In this document: positions 16,570 to 26,090 of the stretch, one piece after another
Layout: each line of letters begins with the position of its first letter
Position numbering within the stretch: the stretch's first letter is position 1
NCBI GenBank assembly: GCA_017454565.1
Contig: JAFTCS010000235.1
Coordinates: forward strand, 1-33,338
DNA length: 33,338 nucleotides
Direction: 5' to 3'
DNA from: Clostridia bacterium
GTDB taxonomy: Bacteria > Bacillota > Clostridia > Oscillospirales > Acutalibacteraceae
Notes under the pieces: model-generated
Databases searched by the model: none
Seen by the model: only the letters and a program-made list of their open reading frames with translations
What the model was told of the DNA's origin: nothing
Made by a program: the position numbers and the translations under genes

Positions 16570-17448
16570 ATGATAAGAAGTATGACCGGATACGGCAGGT
16601 TTGAAGGCACCGTAAACGGCAGACAGACGTATTTTGAGATAAAGGCAGTAAACCACCGCTTTTTTGAACTGCAGTGCAGGCTTCCGAGGGGCTGCGGCTT
16701 TCTGGAGGAGACGGTGAAGGAGCTGGTTTCAAAGTACGTTTCAAGAGGAAAAATAGACGTTTTCGTTTCCGTAGAGGCTGACGACAGTCTTGAAGCCGAG
16801 GTAAAGCTCAACCATTCGCTGGCTTCGGGATATCTCAGGGCACTGAAGGAGCTTTGCGCCGAGTATCAGCTCAAGGACGACATTTCGGTGTCGCTGCTGT
16901 CAAGGTACCCGGATATCTTCACCGTGACAAAGCCTCCGGAGAATGAAGAAGCACTGGTGGAAATAGTAAAAACAGCCGGCGAGAAAGCCATCAGCGACTT
17001 TATGTCCATGCGTGAGCGCGAGGGTGAAAAGTTGGCGGCGGACGTTATCAGTCACGGCAAAAGGATCATTGAACTGGTCGGAGAAATAGAGGAGCGTTCG
17101 CCTGTGACTGTCGAGGAGTACCGCGCGAAGCTCTACGAAAGGATAAAGACCGTACTTGAGGATACGTCCATTGACCCCCAGAGGATACTCACCGAAGCCG
17201 CCATCTTTGCCGACAAGACCGCAGTGAATGAGGAGACAGTCCGTCTGAGGAGCCACTATTCGCAGCTTGAAGCTCTGCTTGACAAGCCGGAGCCGGCAGG
17301 CAGGAAGCTTGACTTTATAGTGCAGGAGATGAACAGGGAAGCCAACACCACAGGCTCAAAGGTCTGTGACGCCGGGCTTGCCCATAAGGTGGTAGAGATA
17401 AAGGCCGAGATCGAGAAGATCAGGGAGCAGATACAGAATATTGAATAA
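16570..17448 (+). CDS. yloC: YicC/YloC family stress-induced protein (DUF1732)
   Basis: MIRSMTGYG N-terminus and the C-terminal LDFIVQEMNREANTTGSK motif. The start could be GTG 16561. Confidence 0.85.
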   Translation: MIRSMTGYGRFEGTVNGRQTYFEIKAVNHRFFELQCRLPRGCGFLEETVKELVSKYVSRGKIDVFVSVEADDSLEAEVKLNHSLASGYLRALKELCAEYQLKDDISVSLLSRYPDIFTVTKPPENEEALVEIVKTAGEKAISDFMSMREREGEKLAADVISHGKRIIELVGEIEERSPVTVEEYRAKLYERIKTVLEDTSIDPQRILTEAAIFADKTAVNEETVRLRSHYSQLEALLDKPEPAGRKLDFIVQEMNREANTTGSKVCDAGLAHKVVEIKAEIEKIREQIQNIE

Positions 17449-17454
17449 CGGCGG

Positions 17455-17742
17455 GTGATAGGATTGAGACTGATAAATATAGGCTACGGCAACATGCTCT
17501 CATCCTCAAGGATAATCGCCATAGTAAGTCCGGACGCCGCACCTGTCAAGAGAATGATCCAGAATGCCAGAGACAAGGGCATGCTCATTGACGCTTCCTG
17601 CGGCAGAAAGACCAAGGCCGTCATCGTGACGGACAGCGACCATGTGGTGCTGTCGGCGGTTCAGCCCGAAACGGTAGCTCACCGTGTAAACGATACAGGC
17701 GAGGATGAAGGAACAGGAAAAAACAACGAAAGTCCCCAGTAA
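17455..17742 (+). CDS. remA: RemA/YlzA (DUF370) regulator
   Basis: [68 protein letters not shown] is nearly collinear with B. subtilis RemA. The non-ATG start is uncertain (GTG 17455 or TTG 17464). Confidence 0.85.
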   Translation: MIGLRLINIGYGNMLSSSRIIAIVSPDAAPVKRMIQNARDKGMLIDASCGRKTKAVIVTDSDHVVLSAVQPETVAHRVNDTGEDEGTGKNNESPQ

Positions 17743-17769
17743 CTGGTGTGACCCGGGAGGAAGGAAAGA

Positions 17770-18339
17770 ATGAACGGTAAAGGACTTCTTGTAGTGATAT
17801 CCGGCCCTGCGGGAGCAGGAAAGGGTACGGTGGTAAAGGAGCTTGTCAGGGACGACAACATAAGGGTGTCGGTATCTGCGACCACAAGGGCGCCGAGACA
17901 GGGAGAAGAAAACGGTGTGCATTACCATTTTCTCACCCGTGAGCAGTTTGAACGTATGATAGAAGAGGATGGCTTTTTGGAGTACGCCCAGTATGTGGGC
18001 AATTTCTACGGCTCACCTAAAAAGCAGGCAGAGGACTGGATGAAGCAGGGCAAGGACGTTATTCTTGAGATCGAGGTCCAGGGCTGCAAAAAGATCAAGG
18101 AGAAATTCCCGGAGTGCGTGAGCATCTTCATAATGCCGCCCTCAATGGAGATACTTGAAAACAGGCTCAGAGGCAGAGGAACAGAGACCGAAGAGGTGAT
18201 CGCAAAAAGGATGAAGAGAGCCGCAGAGGAGATAGGGCTTTCAGAGGACTACGATCATATTGTGATAAACGACACAGTAGATGAATGTGTCGCAGGAATA
18301 AGGGATATCCTGGAAAAGGAAAGATCAGCAAGACAGTAA
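17770..18339 (+). CDS. gmk: Guanylate kinase
   Basis: P-loop GPAGAGKGT, the SATTR motif and a length of 189 aa. GGAGGA RBS. Confidence 0.9.
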   Translation: MNGKGLLVVISGPAGAGKGTVVKELVRDDNIRVSVSATTRAPRQGEENGVHYHFLTREQFERMIEEDGFLEYAQYVGNFYGSPKKQAEDWMKQGKDVILEIEVQGCKKIKEKFPECVSIFIMPPSMEILENRLRGRGTETEEVIAKRMKRAAEEIGLSEDYDHIVINDTVDECVAGIRDILEKERSARQ

Positions 18340-18378
18340 GCAAACCCATAAGCACAGACAAAAGGAGATGTAAGGAAT

Positions 18379-18591
18379 ATGTATGAGAAGTACAACAGAC
18401 CCTCAGTAGACGATATCTTTGCAGGAAAGGTCAGCAAGTACGCGCTGGCTATCGCGGTGGCAAAGAGGGCAAGAGAGATAACCGATGAAAGCAAGGAAAG
18501 CGGGGCCGTATGCGACAAGCCGGTATTGGTGGCTGTGGATGAATTCAAGGACCACAAGTACGCTATCCTTGAGCCTGACACTGATGACTGA
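18379..18591 (+). CDS. rpoZ: DNA-directed RNA polymerase subunit omega
   Basis: 70 aa containing SKYALAIAVAKRAREI. Its position between gmk and priA also fits. Confidence 0.8.
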   Translation: MYEKYNRPSVDDIFAGKVSKYALAIAVAKRAREITDESKESGAVCDKPVLVAVDEFKDHKYAILEPDTDD

Positions 18592-21028
18592 GGAATATCT
18601 TGCCGCAGGCGTTGCGGTGGAAAATACGGCATATCACTTTGATAAGCTGTATGACTATATTATTCCTGAGAGCGTCAGTGAATATGCGCGTCCGGGCTGC
18701 AGAGTGATGGTAAGCTTCGGCAAAGGCTCCGTTCGTCAGGGTATGATAATGGAGCTGCATAAGGTCACAGACAAAACCGGACTAAAGACCGTCAGCGAGC
18801 TGCTTGACCGGGAGCCTGTTCTTACGCAGGAACTTGTGCAGCTTGCCGTGAGCATGAAGGAACGCTGCTTCTGTACCTTGTTCGAGGCATGCAAGACAAT
18901 GCTGCCCGCAGGACTTTCCCTGCGCATAATGTACAGCTACGGTCTTTCGGATAAGGCTTCCGATATGGATGAAGGCTCTTTGTCAGAAATCGAAAGGCAG
19001 ACAGTGGCTTATCTTCGCGGCAGAAAAAAACAGGTTCGCGCTGATCTGCTGCTGAAAAATCTTGGTCTTGCCGAGGACGAGCCGCTGGTGAAACTTTACA
19101 AAAAGGGGATACTCACCCGGACAGAGGTGACAAAAAAGCGGCTTCAGGATATGAGCATAAAAATGGTCGCTCTGATCGACGATACCGCTAACCGGAAATA
19201 CACTGACTCTCAGCGCGCAGTCATCGAGGTGCTCAGAACCATGGGCGACGCAGCTAAAAAAGAGCTGTGCTATTTTACGGGCGTGTCCGGCGCGGTGGTG
19301 GATAACCTTGTGAAAAAGGGTATCTGCCGGTATTACGACGCTCCTGCGCCGGAGCCTGAAAAGGAATCCGTGTTTCCCGCTGCGGATGAGATCGTTCTTA
19401 CTGAAAAGCAGGAGAAGGTCTATTCTGAGCTGCTTGAAAAATACGGCAGCGGCAAGCCGTCTGTCGCATTGCTTTACGGTATCACCGGCAGCGGCAAGAC
19501 GTCGGTTTTTATGAAACTTATTGACAGGGCAAACGAACAGAACAGGGGCGTTATCTGCATGGTGCCGGAGATCGCGCTGACACCTCAGCTCCTTGTCCGG
19601 TTCAGATCAAGATATGGCGACAGGGTGGCTGTTTTCCACAGCGGACTGTCTCTTTCAAAGCGTCTTGAGGAATGGAAACGCGTCAGAAACGGCCAGGCAA
19701 ATATTGCCGTGGGTACCCGTTCGGCGGTTTTTGCGCCCTTAAAGGATATAGGACTTATAGTAATGGACGAGGAGCAGGAGTATTCCTACAAATCTTCGTC
19801 AAACCCAAGGTACCATGCCCGCGAGATGGCAAAGCTCAGGTGTGTCAGCAACAACTGCCTGCTGCTGCTGTCCTCGGCCACACCGTCAGTAGAGAGCTAT
19901 TATTATGCGGAAAGCGGCAGGTACTCACTGCACACCTTGGGCGAAAGATACGGCACCGCAAAGCTGCCAAAGGTCATAACAACCGATATGAACCTTGAAA
20001 GGCAGAACGGCAACACCTCGGATTTCAGCTCGGAACTTCTTGAAGCCATAGAGCAGAATCTTGAGGACGGAAGGCAGTCGATAATACTTCTTAACAGGCG
20101 GGGTCATAATACATTTGTGTCCTGCCGCTTATGCAATGAGGTGATAAGCTGTCCGTCCTGTTCGATATCCCTGACATATCACAGCGCAAACAACCGCCTG
20201 ATGTGCCATTACTGCGGATATTCAATGCCGGCGCCGGTCACATGCCCCGAATGCGGGTCTGACAGGCTGAGATATTCCGGTGCGGGCACACAGAAGGCCG
20301 AACAGGAGCTTGCGGAGCTTTTTCCCGACGCGCGGCTGCTGCGTCTGGACACGGACTCTACCATGCAGCGCTACGCTTACGAAAAAAAACTCGGTGCTTT
20401 TCAAAGGGGCGAGTATGACATCATGCTCGGCACTCAGATGGTCGCAAAGGGGCTGGATTTCGAGAACGTGACTCTTGTGGGTGTGCTTTCGGCGGACCTG
20501 ATGCTGCACAATGACGACTTCCGCAGCTATGAGCGCACGTTTTCGCTGCTGACACAGGTTGTTGGGCGTTCCGGCAGGGGCGGATACGAGGGGCGAGCCT
20601 TTGTGCAGACCTATGAACCGGAAAATCCCATAATAAGCATGGCTGCCGGACAGGATTACGTTCAGTTCTATGAAAACGAAGCTTCTATGAGAAAAAGCAT
20701 GCTTTACCCGCCGTTTTCGGATATCTGCGTCGTAGCCTTTTCCGGAGAGGACAAGGATAAGGCCAGAGACGCCTCGGTATTTTTCGCAAAGGCACTTTCG
20801 GAGCTTGCCCGCAGCGAGTACAGCGACCTTCCCATGAGGGTGCTGGGGCCGGGTCCTGCGATGATACTGCGGGTGTGCGGCAGATACAGATTCAGAATGA
20901 TAATCAAGTTCCGCAATACAAGGCGCTTCCGGGAGATGCTGTCACGATTGTTGGTGGAATTCGGCAAGAACAGCGCATTTTCGGATGTCTGTGCTTATCC
21001 GGATATCGACCCGGACAGCATTATCTGA
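18584..21028 (+). CDS. priA: Primosomal protein N' (replication restart helicase PriA)
   Basis: Walker A GITGSGKTS, motif II DEEQ, a Cys-rich zinc-binding insert (CRLCNEVISCPSCSISLTYH..CHYCGY..CPECGS) and VVGRSGRG. ATG 18584 overlaps the rpoZ stop by 8 nt. The track start at 18485 lies inside rpoZ. Confidence 0.9.
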   Translation: MTEEYLAAGVAVENTAYHFDKLYDYIIPESVSEYARPGCRVMVSFGKGSVRQGMIMELHKVTDKTGLKTVSELLDREPVLTQELVQLAVSMKERCFCTLFEACKTMLPAGLSLRIMYSYGLSDKASDMDEGSLSEIERQTVAYLRGRKKQVRADLLLKNLGLAEDEPLVKLYKKGILTRTEVTKKRLQDMSIKMVALIDDTANRKYTDSQRAVIEVLRTMGDAAKKELCYFTGVSGAVVDNLVKKGICRYYDAPAPEPEKESVFPAADEIVLTEKQEKVYSELLEKYGSGKPSVALLYGITGSGKTSVFMKLIDRANEQNRGVICMVPEIALTPQLLVRFRSRYGDRVAVFHSGLSLSKRLEEWKRVRNGQANIAVGTRSAVFAPLKDIGLIVMDEEQEYSYKSSSNPRYHAREMAKLRCVSNNCLLLLSSATPSVESYYYAESGRYSLHTLGERYGTAKLPKVITTDMNLERQNGNTSDFSSELLEAIEQNLEDGRQSIILLNRRGHNTFVSCRLCNEVISCPSCSISLTYHSANNRLMCHYCGYSMPAPVTCPECGSDRLRYSGAGTQKAEQELAELFPDARLLRLDTDSTMQRYAYEKKLGAFQRGEYDIMLGTQMVAKGLDFENVTLVGVLSADLMLHNDDFRSYERTFSLLTQVVGRSGRGGYEGRAFVQTYEPENPIISMAAGQDYVQFYENEASMRKSMLYPPFSDICVVAFSGEDKDKARDASVFFAKALSELARSEYSDLPMRVLGPGPAMILRVCGRYRFRMIIKFRNTRRFREMLSRLLVEFGKNSAFSDVCAYPDIDPDSII

Positions 21029-21054
21029 AATGAAGCTTTTTCAGCGGCATGCTG

Positions 21055-21386
21055 CCGGTCAGGGGGACTTTTACGGAAAAGTCCCCCCGGACTTCTCGCC
21101 TGTCGGCTCGGTCGGCGCTTCTCAGCCGTTGGCTGAGAGGTCTTCACCGGAGACCCGCGCCCCGAAAACGCTGTTCGCGGCGCAGAGCCTGCGCTCCCAA
21201 TTCGCGGGGTTTGCTTCACTGCGTTCCGCTCTGAGTTCAAGGCGAAACTTAGCCGCTCGCGCGCAGTTATTGTTTCCAAAACGACAACACAAAAGTTTCG
21301 CCAGCCTTTTCAAAGGCTGCGGTTTCCAAAGGCGGCGCCTTTGGTCGCTCTCCGCAGAGAGCGAAACACCTTATGGAATGATAGTA
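21055..21386 (+). repeat. Composite hairpin-repeat element between priA and def
   Basis: 11-bp stem GGGGGACTTTT-ACGG-AAAAGTCCCCC (21062-21087). Also CTCAGCC-GTT-GGCTGAG, GGTCTTCACCGGAGACCCGCGCCCCGAAAACG, AGCCTTTTCAAAGGCT, CCAAAGGCGGCGCCTTTGG and GCTCTC-CGCA-GAGAGC. It ends in GAATGATAGTA, like the copy at 31586-31596. Confidence 0.8.
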
Positions 21387-21429
21387 TTACATAATATAAA
21401 TATTTATAATTGATAATGGAGTGAGTGTT

Positions 21430-21882
21430 ATGGCAATACGAAATGTAGTCAAGGAGGGAGACCCTGTGCTGAGCAAGGTCTGCCGTCCTGTGGACAAATT
21501 TGATGACAAGCTGAAAACTCTCCTTGACGATATGTACGAAACTATGGTCGCCAATGACGGAGTGGGTCTTGCAGGACCGCAGGTGGGCATACTCAGGCGT
21601 ATTTTTGTTATCGACGTCGGTGACGGCAGGCTGGAGTTTGTCAACCCGAAGATCGTCAGCACCTCAGGCATGCAGGAGGGCAGCGAGGGCTGTCTTTCAT
21701 GTCCGGGTGAGTTCGGCATAACAAGACGTCCCATGTTTGTGACCGTTGAGGCCTACAACCGTGAGGGCGACAGGTTCTCTCTCAATGCCGAAGGTCTGCT
21801 TGCAAAGGCTATCTGCCACGAAAACGACCACTTGGACGGTATTCTCTTTAAGGAGCATGTTATCCGCACGGAGAAAAATTAA
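21430..21882 (+). CDS. def: Peptide deformylase
   Basis: The motifs GVGLAGPQ, EGCLS and HENDH. ATG 21430 is preferred over the GTG at 21421. Confidence 0.9.
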   Translation: MAIRNVVKEGDPVLSKVCRPVDKFDDKLKTLLDDMYETMVANDGVGLAGPQVGILRRIFVIDVGDGRLEFVNPKIVSTSGMQEGSEGCLSCPGEFGITRRPMFVTVEAYNREGDRFSLNAEGLLAKAICHENDHLDGILFKEHVIRTEKN

Positions 21883-21951
21883 CCGATACAGGTTTTGCAG
21901 ACTGCTTTATATACAGTGCAGTCGGGCAGCGTACCGGTCAGGGAGGAAATA

Positions 21952-22875
21952 ATGAAGATCATATTTATGGGAACGCCGGATTTTGCAGTGCCCTGTCTGA
22001 AAGCGCTGATAGATGACGGCAACGAAATAGCGGCTGTTTTTACTCAGCCGGACAAGCCAAAGGGAAGAGGCTATGCAATGACTCCTCCGCCGGTGAAGGT
22101 TTGCGCACAGGAGCACAGCATACAGGTGTATCAGCCGGCAACCCTGAAAGACGGAGAAGCGTTGGGTATAATATCGGGTATTGCGCCGGAAATGATAGTA
22201 GTTGTTGCTTACGGTAAGATACTCCCTAAAGAAATACTTGATCTGCCGAAATATGGATGTGTAAACGTACATGCGTCACTTCTGCCGATGTACAGGGGCG
22301 CGGCTCCCATACAATGGGCTGTGCTGGACGGTCAGAAAAAAACGGGAGTCACAACTATGTACATGGACGTCGGCCTTGACACAGGCGATATGCTTATGAA
22401 GGCAGAGCTTGAGATAGGTGAGAACGAGACAGCCGACGAGCTTCACGACAGACTTTCACAGGCAGGCGCTGAGCTGATAGTAAAAACCGTTCATGCGGCG
22501 GCGGAAGGAAAGCTTGTGAGAGAAAAGCAGGACGACAGCAAGTCGTGCTATGCTTCGATGCTTACAAAGGAAATGTCAAGGATAGACTTCGGCAGGACTG
22601 CATCTGAAGTGCACAATAAAGTAAGAGGACTCAACTCATGGCCGGGTGCCAGTGCCACATTCGGCGGCAAGCGTATAAAGATACACCGCACAATAGTGAG
22701 AAACGAAAGCGGACAGCCCGGAGAGGTCCTGTCACTGGAACCTCTGATCGTTGCATGCGGAGAAGGCTCTGTGGAGCTTACAGAGGTGCAGCCGGAGGGC
22801 AAGAAAAGGATGCCGGCAGCAGCCTTTGTGAACGGACTGCATTGCAGTTCACCCAAAGATCTGCGCTTTGAGTGA
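21952..22875 (+). CDS. fmt: Methionyl-tRNA formyltransferase
   Basis: MKIIFMGTPDFAV N-terminus and HASLLPMYRGAAPIQ. GGGAGGA RBS before ATG 21952. Confidence 0.9.
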   Translation: MKIIFMGTPDFAVPCLKALIDDGNEIAAVFTQPDKPKGRGYAMTPPPVKVCAQEHSIQVYQPATLKDGEALGIISGIAPEMIVVVAYGKILPKEILDLPKYGCVNVHASLLPMYRGAAPIQWAVLDGQKKTGVTTMYMDVGLDTGDMLMKAELEIGENETADELHDRLSQAGAELIVKTVHAAAEGKLVREKQDDSKSCYASMLTKEMSRIDFGRTASEVHNKVRGLNSWPGASATFGGKRIKIHRTIVRNESGQPGEVLSLEPLIVACGEGSVELTEVQPEGKKRMPAAAFVNGLHCSSPKDLRFE

Positions 22876-22915
22876 GATAATAGACCGTCAGAAAAAATAT
22901 CGGAGGTGAGCGTTC

Positions 22916-24241
22916 ATGCCGACAGCTTCAAGAGAACTGGCCTATACTGCTCTTATGCGCGTTGAGCAGGACGGCTCATATTCAAATATCGCTCTGGACA
23001 GGCTGCTTTCGGAAAGCTCCCTTTCGGGGCGGGACAAGGGCTTTTGTTCAAAGCTTTTTTACGGTGTACTGGAAAACCGTCTGCTTCTGGATTATAATAT
23101 AGCGGTTCGCTCGAAAATACCGGCAGGCGAAATTGAGACAGGCACCATGGTGCTGCTTCGTATGGGACTCTATCAGCTTTTCTTTGCGGATTCCGTAAGC
23201 AGCGCGGCCGCCGTAAACGAGACCGTTGAATTGTGCCGTGAAAAAGGCTTCGGCAGGGCTGCCGGATTTGTCAACGGTGTACTCAGGAGTGCCGCAAGGG
23301 ACAGGCTTTTGCTGCCGGACCCCAAAAAAGGAAAGAATAAATACCTGTCGATAAAATATTCCTGTCCGGAAAAAATCATAAAACTGTGGCGGCAAAGCTA
23401 CGGCGATGACCTGACGCTTGCAAGCCTTGAAGCTTTACAGGGCAGACCGCCGCTGTGCATCAGGGTGAACACTCTGAAAACCACGGCTCAGGAGCTGAAA
23501 AGCTCCCTTGAAAGCATGGGTATAGGCGCGGAGTATTCAAGGAGCGTTGAAAACTGCCTGCTGCTCACGGGCGCGGGCGCGATCGAGGAGCTTGAACAGT
23601 ACAGACAGGGGCTTTTCCATGTGCAGGACACGGCTTCACAGCTTTGCAGCAGGACACTTTCTCCCGTCAAAGGCTGTACGATGCTTGACGTATGTGCGGC
23701 TCCCGGCGGAAAGACCTTTACCTGCGCAGAGCTTATGGAAAACAAAGGAAAAATAATTGCCTGCGACAAGTACGACTCACGGCTGAGGCTTGTAAGAAGC
23801 GGAGCCGGACGTCTGGGGATAAATATAATTGAAACGATGGCAGGGGATGCCGCTGCAAGCGAATTCGTGCAGGCTGACAGGGTGCTTTGCGATGTGCCGT
23901 GTTCGGGTCTGGGAATAATACGCAGGAAACCGGAGCTTCGCTACAAGCCGGATTTAGGTCTTTCGGAGCTGCCGCAGATACAGTATGAGATACTCTGCAA
24001 CGCTTCGCGCTTTGTGAAAAGCGGAGGTTATCTGCTGTATTCCACCTGCACGCTTGATCCTGATGAGAATAACCTTAACGCACAGCGGTTTATCAAAGAA
24101 CACAGGGATTTTTCCCCGGCGAGTATATCCCTGCCTGAGGGAATTGAAAGAAAATATACGGAAGAGGAAAACGAGCTTACGCTTTTCCCGGAGAAAAACG
24201 GTACGGACGGATTTTTCATCAGTCTGTTCCGCAGAAAATGA
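22916..24241 (+). CDS. rsmB: 16S rRNA (cytosine(967)-C5)-methyltransferase RsmB
   Basis: N-terminal NusB-like region, the SAM motif CAAPGGKT and the catalytic DVPCSG and YSTCT motifs. Confidence 0.9.
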   Translation: MPTASRELAYTALMRVEQDGSYSNIALDRLLSESSLSGRDKGFCSKLFYGVLENRLLLDYNIAVRSKIPAGEIETGTMVLLRMGLYQLFFADSVSSAAAVNETVELCREKGFGRAAGFVNGVLRSAARDRLLLPDPKKGKNKYLSIKYSCPEKIIKLWRQSYGDDLTLASLEALQGRPPLCIRVNTLKTTAQELKSSLESMGIGAEYSRSVENCLLLTGAGAIEELEQYRQGLFHVQDTASQLCSRTLSPVKGCTMLDVCAAPGGKTFTCAELMENKGKIIACDKYDSRLRLVRSGAGRLGINIIETMAGDAAASEFVQADRVLCDVPCSGLGIIRRKPELRYKPDLGLSELPQIQYEILCNASRFVKSGGYLLYSTCTLDPDENNLNAQRFIKEHRDFSPASISLPEGIERKYTEEENELTLFPEKNGTDGFFISLFRRK

Positions 24242-24302
24242 TTTTTTCTGTGAGGGAAAGCATGCGGGCTGAGAATTATGCCTGCTCAAAGGAAGTGATC
24301 GA

Positions 24303-25343
24303 ATGCTGAAGGACATAGGCTCCATGTCTGAAGAGGAGCTGAAAGAGGAAATGGCTTCTGTCGGTGAGCCGGCCTACCGCGCAGGCCAGATATACAAATG
24401 GCTGCAATCAGGGGTAAAATCCTTTGACGAAATGACTAATGTCTCGAAGAAATTAAGAGAAAAACTTGTAGAAAACTACTATATCTCATTTGCAACTATT
24501 GAAAAAAAATTAATTTCGGCTTATGATGATACAAGGAAATATCTGCTCTCCTTTCCTGACGGGGAGGCTGTGGAAAGTGTGCTGATGAAATATCACCACG
24601 GCTACACAAGCTGTATATCCACTCAGGTGGGGTGTAAAATGGGCTGTACCTTCTGCGCAACGGGCAAAAGCGGGTTTTCAAGGAATCTGACGCCTTCGGA
24701 AATGCTTTCCCAGCTCAGGGCCGAGCAGGAGGATGCAGATATCAGAATCTCAAATATTGTGCTGATGGGCATGGGCGAACCGTTGGACAACTACGAAAAC
24801 GTGCTGCGCTTTCTGCGGCTTGTCAGCAGCGAAAACGGCATGAACATAGGCATGAGGCACATCTCCCTTTCTACATGCGGAGTGGTGCCGCGGATCTATG
24901 ACCTGGCGGAGGAAAAGCTGCAGCTGACTCTTTCGGTATCCCTCCATGCGCCGAACGACCGGATACGCAGCCGCACAATGCCTATAAACAGAAAATACGG
25001 GATCGACGAGCTTCTGAAAGCTTGCCGGTATTATATAGATCATACAGGCAGAAGGATATCCTTTGAATACGCGATGATAGACGGTGTTAACGACAGCGAC
25101 GCCTGCGCGTCTGAGCTTGCGTCAAGGCTCAGGGGGATGATCTGCCATGTCAATCTGATACCTGTCAATACGGTTGGCGGCACAGGCTACAAAAAAAGCC
25201 GTATGGACAGGATAAGGAGCTTTATCTCGGTACTCGAAAAGGCGGGAATAACCGCTACTGTCAGAAGAACGCTCGGCAGCGATATAAACGCATCCTGCGG
25301 ACAGCTGAAGAGGGCATACAAAAAGGAGGAAAAAACTGAATGA
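24303..25343 (+). CDS. rlmN: 23S rRNA/tRNA (adenine-C2)-methyltransferase RlmN (radical SAM)
   Basis: CKMGCTFCATG radical-SAM cluster motif, GMGEPL and C-terminal ACGQL. Confidence 0.9.
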   Translation: MLKDIGSMSEEELKEEMASVGEPAYRAGQIYKWLQSGVKSFDEMTNVSKKLREKLVENYYISFATIEKKLISAYDDTRKYLLSFPDGEAVESVLMKYHHGYTSCISTQVGCKMGCTFCATGKSGFSRNLTPSEMLSQLRAEQEDADIRISNIVLMGMGEPLDNYENVLRFLRLVSSENGMNIGMRHISLSTCGVVPRIYDLAEEKLQLTLSVSLHAPNDRIRSRTMPINRKYGIDELLKACRYYIDHTGRRISFEYAMIDGVNDSDACASELASRLRGMICHVNLIPVNTVGGTGYKKSRMDRIRSFISVLEKAGITATVRRTLGSDINASCGQLKRAYKKEEKTE

Positions 25344-26068
25344 GAGTTTATTCGGGAAGTGATATAGGACTTACTCGAGATTCAAATCAGGATTACTGCA
25401 AAACGGGAGTCTTTGCCGACAGCGCGGTATGGGCCGTGGTGTGTGACGGCATGGGCGGGGCAAACGGCGGCTGTACTGCCAGCACCGTGGCCGCCGACAC
25501 TATTGCCGGGAGACTTGCCGATCTGTACAGACCCGGTATGACAGAGGAAGAGATACGCGAGATAATGGAGCAGTCCATTCAGGAGGCCAACCTGAAAGTG
25601 TTCGATATGGCTATGGATGACATGTCGCTTTACGGCATGGGCACCACAGTGGTCTGCGCCGTGGCGAAGGATAACAGGATCCATATCGTGCACGCGGGAG
25701 ACAGCCGGGCTTATCTTGTCCGTGACGGAGGTATCTGCCGCATAACTACGGACCATTCAGTGGTGCAGGAGCTGGTAAGCGCCGGTCAGATAACCGATGA
25801 GCAGGCAAGGATACATCCGAACAGGAATATTATCACCAGAGCACTGGGTGTCGAACCCTATCTCGATACCGACTATAATGCGGCCGATTTTCCTGACGGA
25901 AGTCAGCTGATGATCTGCACCGACGGCCTGTGCGGCTATTTCTCGGATGAGGAGCTGCTGGGGCTTATGCAGGAGGTATCGGGTGACGAGCTGATATCAA
26001 GGCTGATAAATGCCGCAAAGGATCAGGGCGGCAGGGATAACATCACAGTTGCCCTTATAGAAAGCTGA
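25340..26068 (+). CDS. prpC: PP2C-family Ser/Thr phosphatase (PrpC/Stp)
   Basis: The motifs RDSNQD, DGMGG, TDGL and GGRDNIT. The start overlaps the rlmN stop (ATGA). Confidence 0.9.
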   Translation: MRVYSGSDIGLTRDSNQDYCKTGVFADSAVWAVVCDGMGGANGGCTASTVAADTIAGRLADLYRPGMTEEEIREIMEQSIQEANLKVFDMAMDDMSLYGMGTTVVCAVAKDNRIHIVHAGDSRAYLVRDGGICRITTDHSVVQELVSAGQITDEQARIHPNRNIITRALGVEPYLDTDYNAADFPDGSQLMICTDGLCGYFSDEELLGLMQEVSGDELISRLINAAKDQGGRDNITVALIES

Positions 26069-26090
26069 TCAAATTGGAAGGAGTTTTTTT

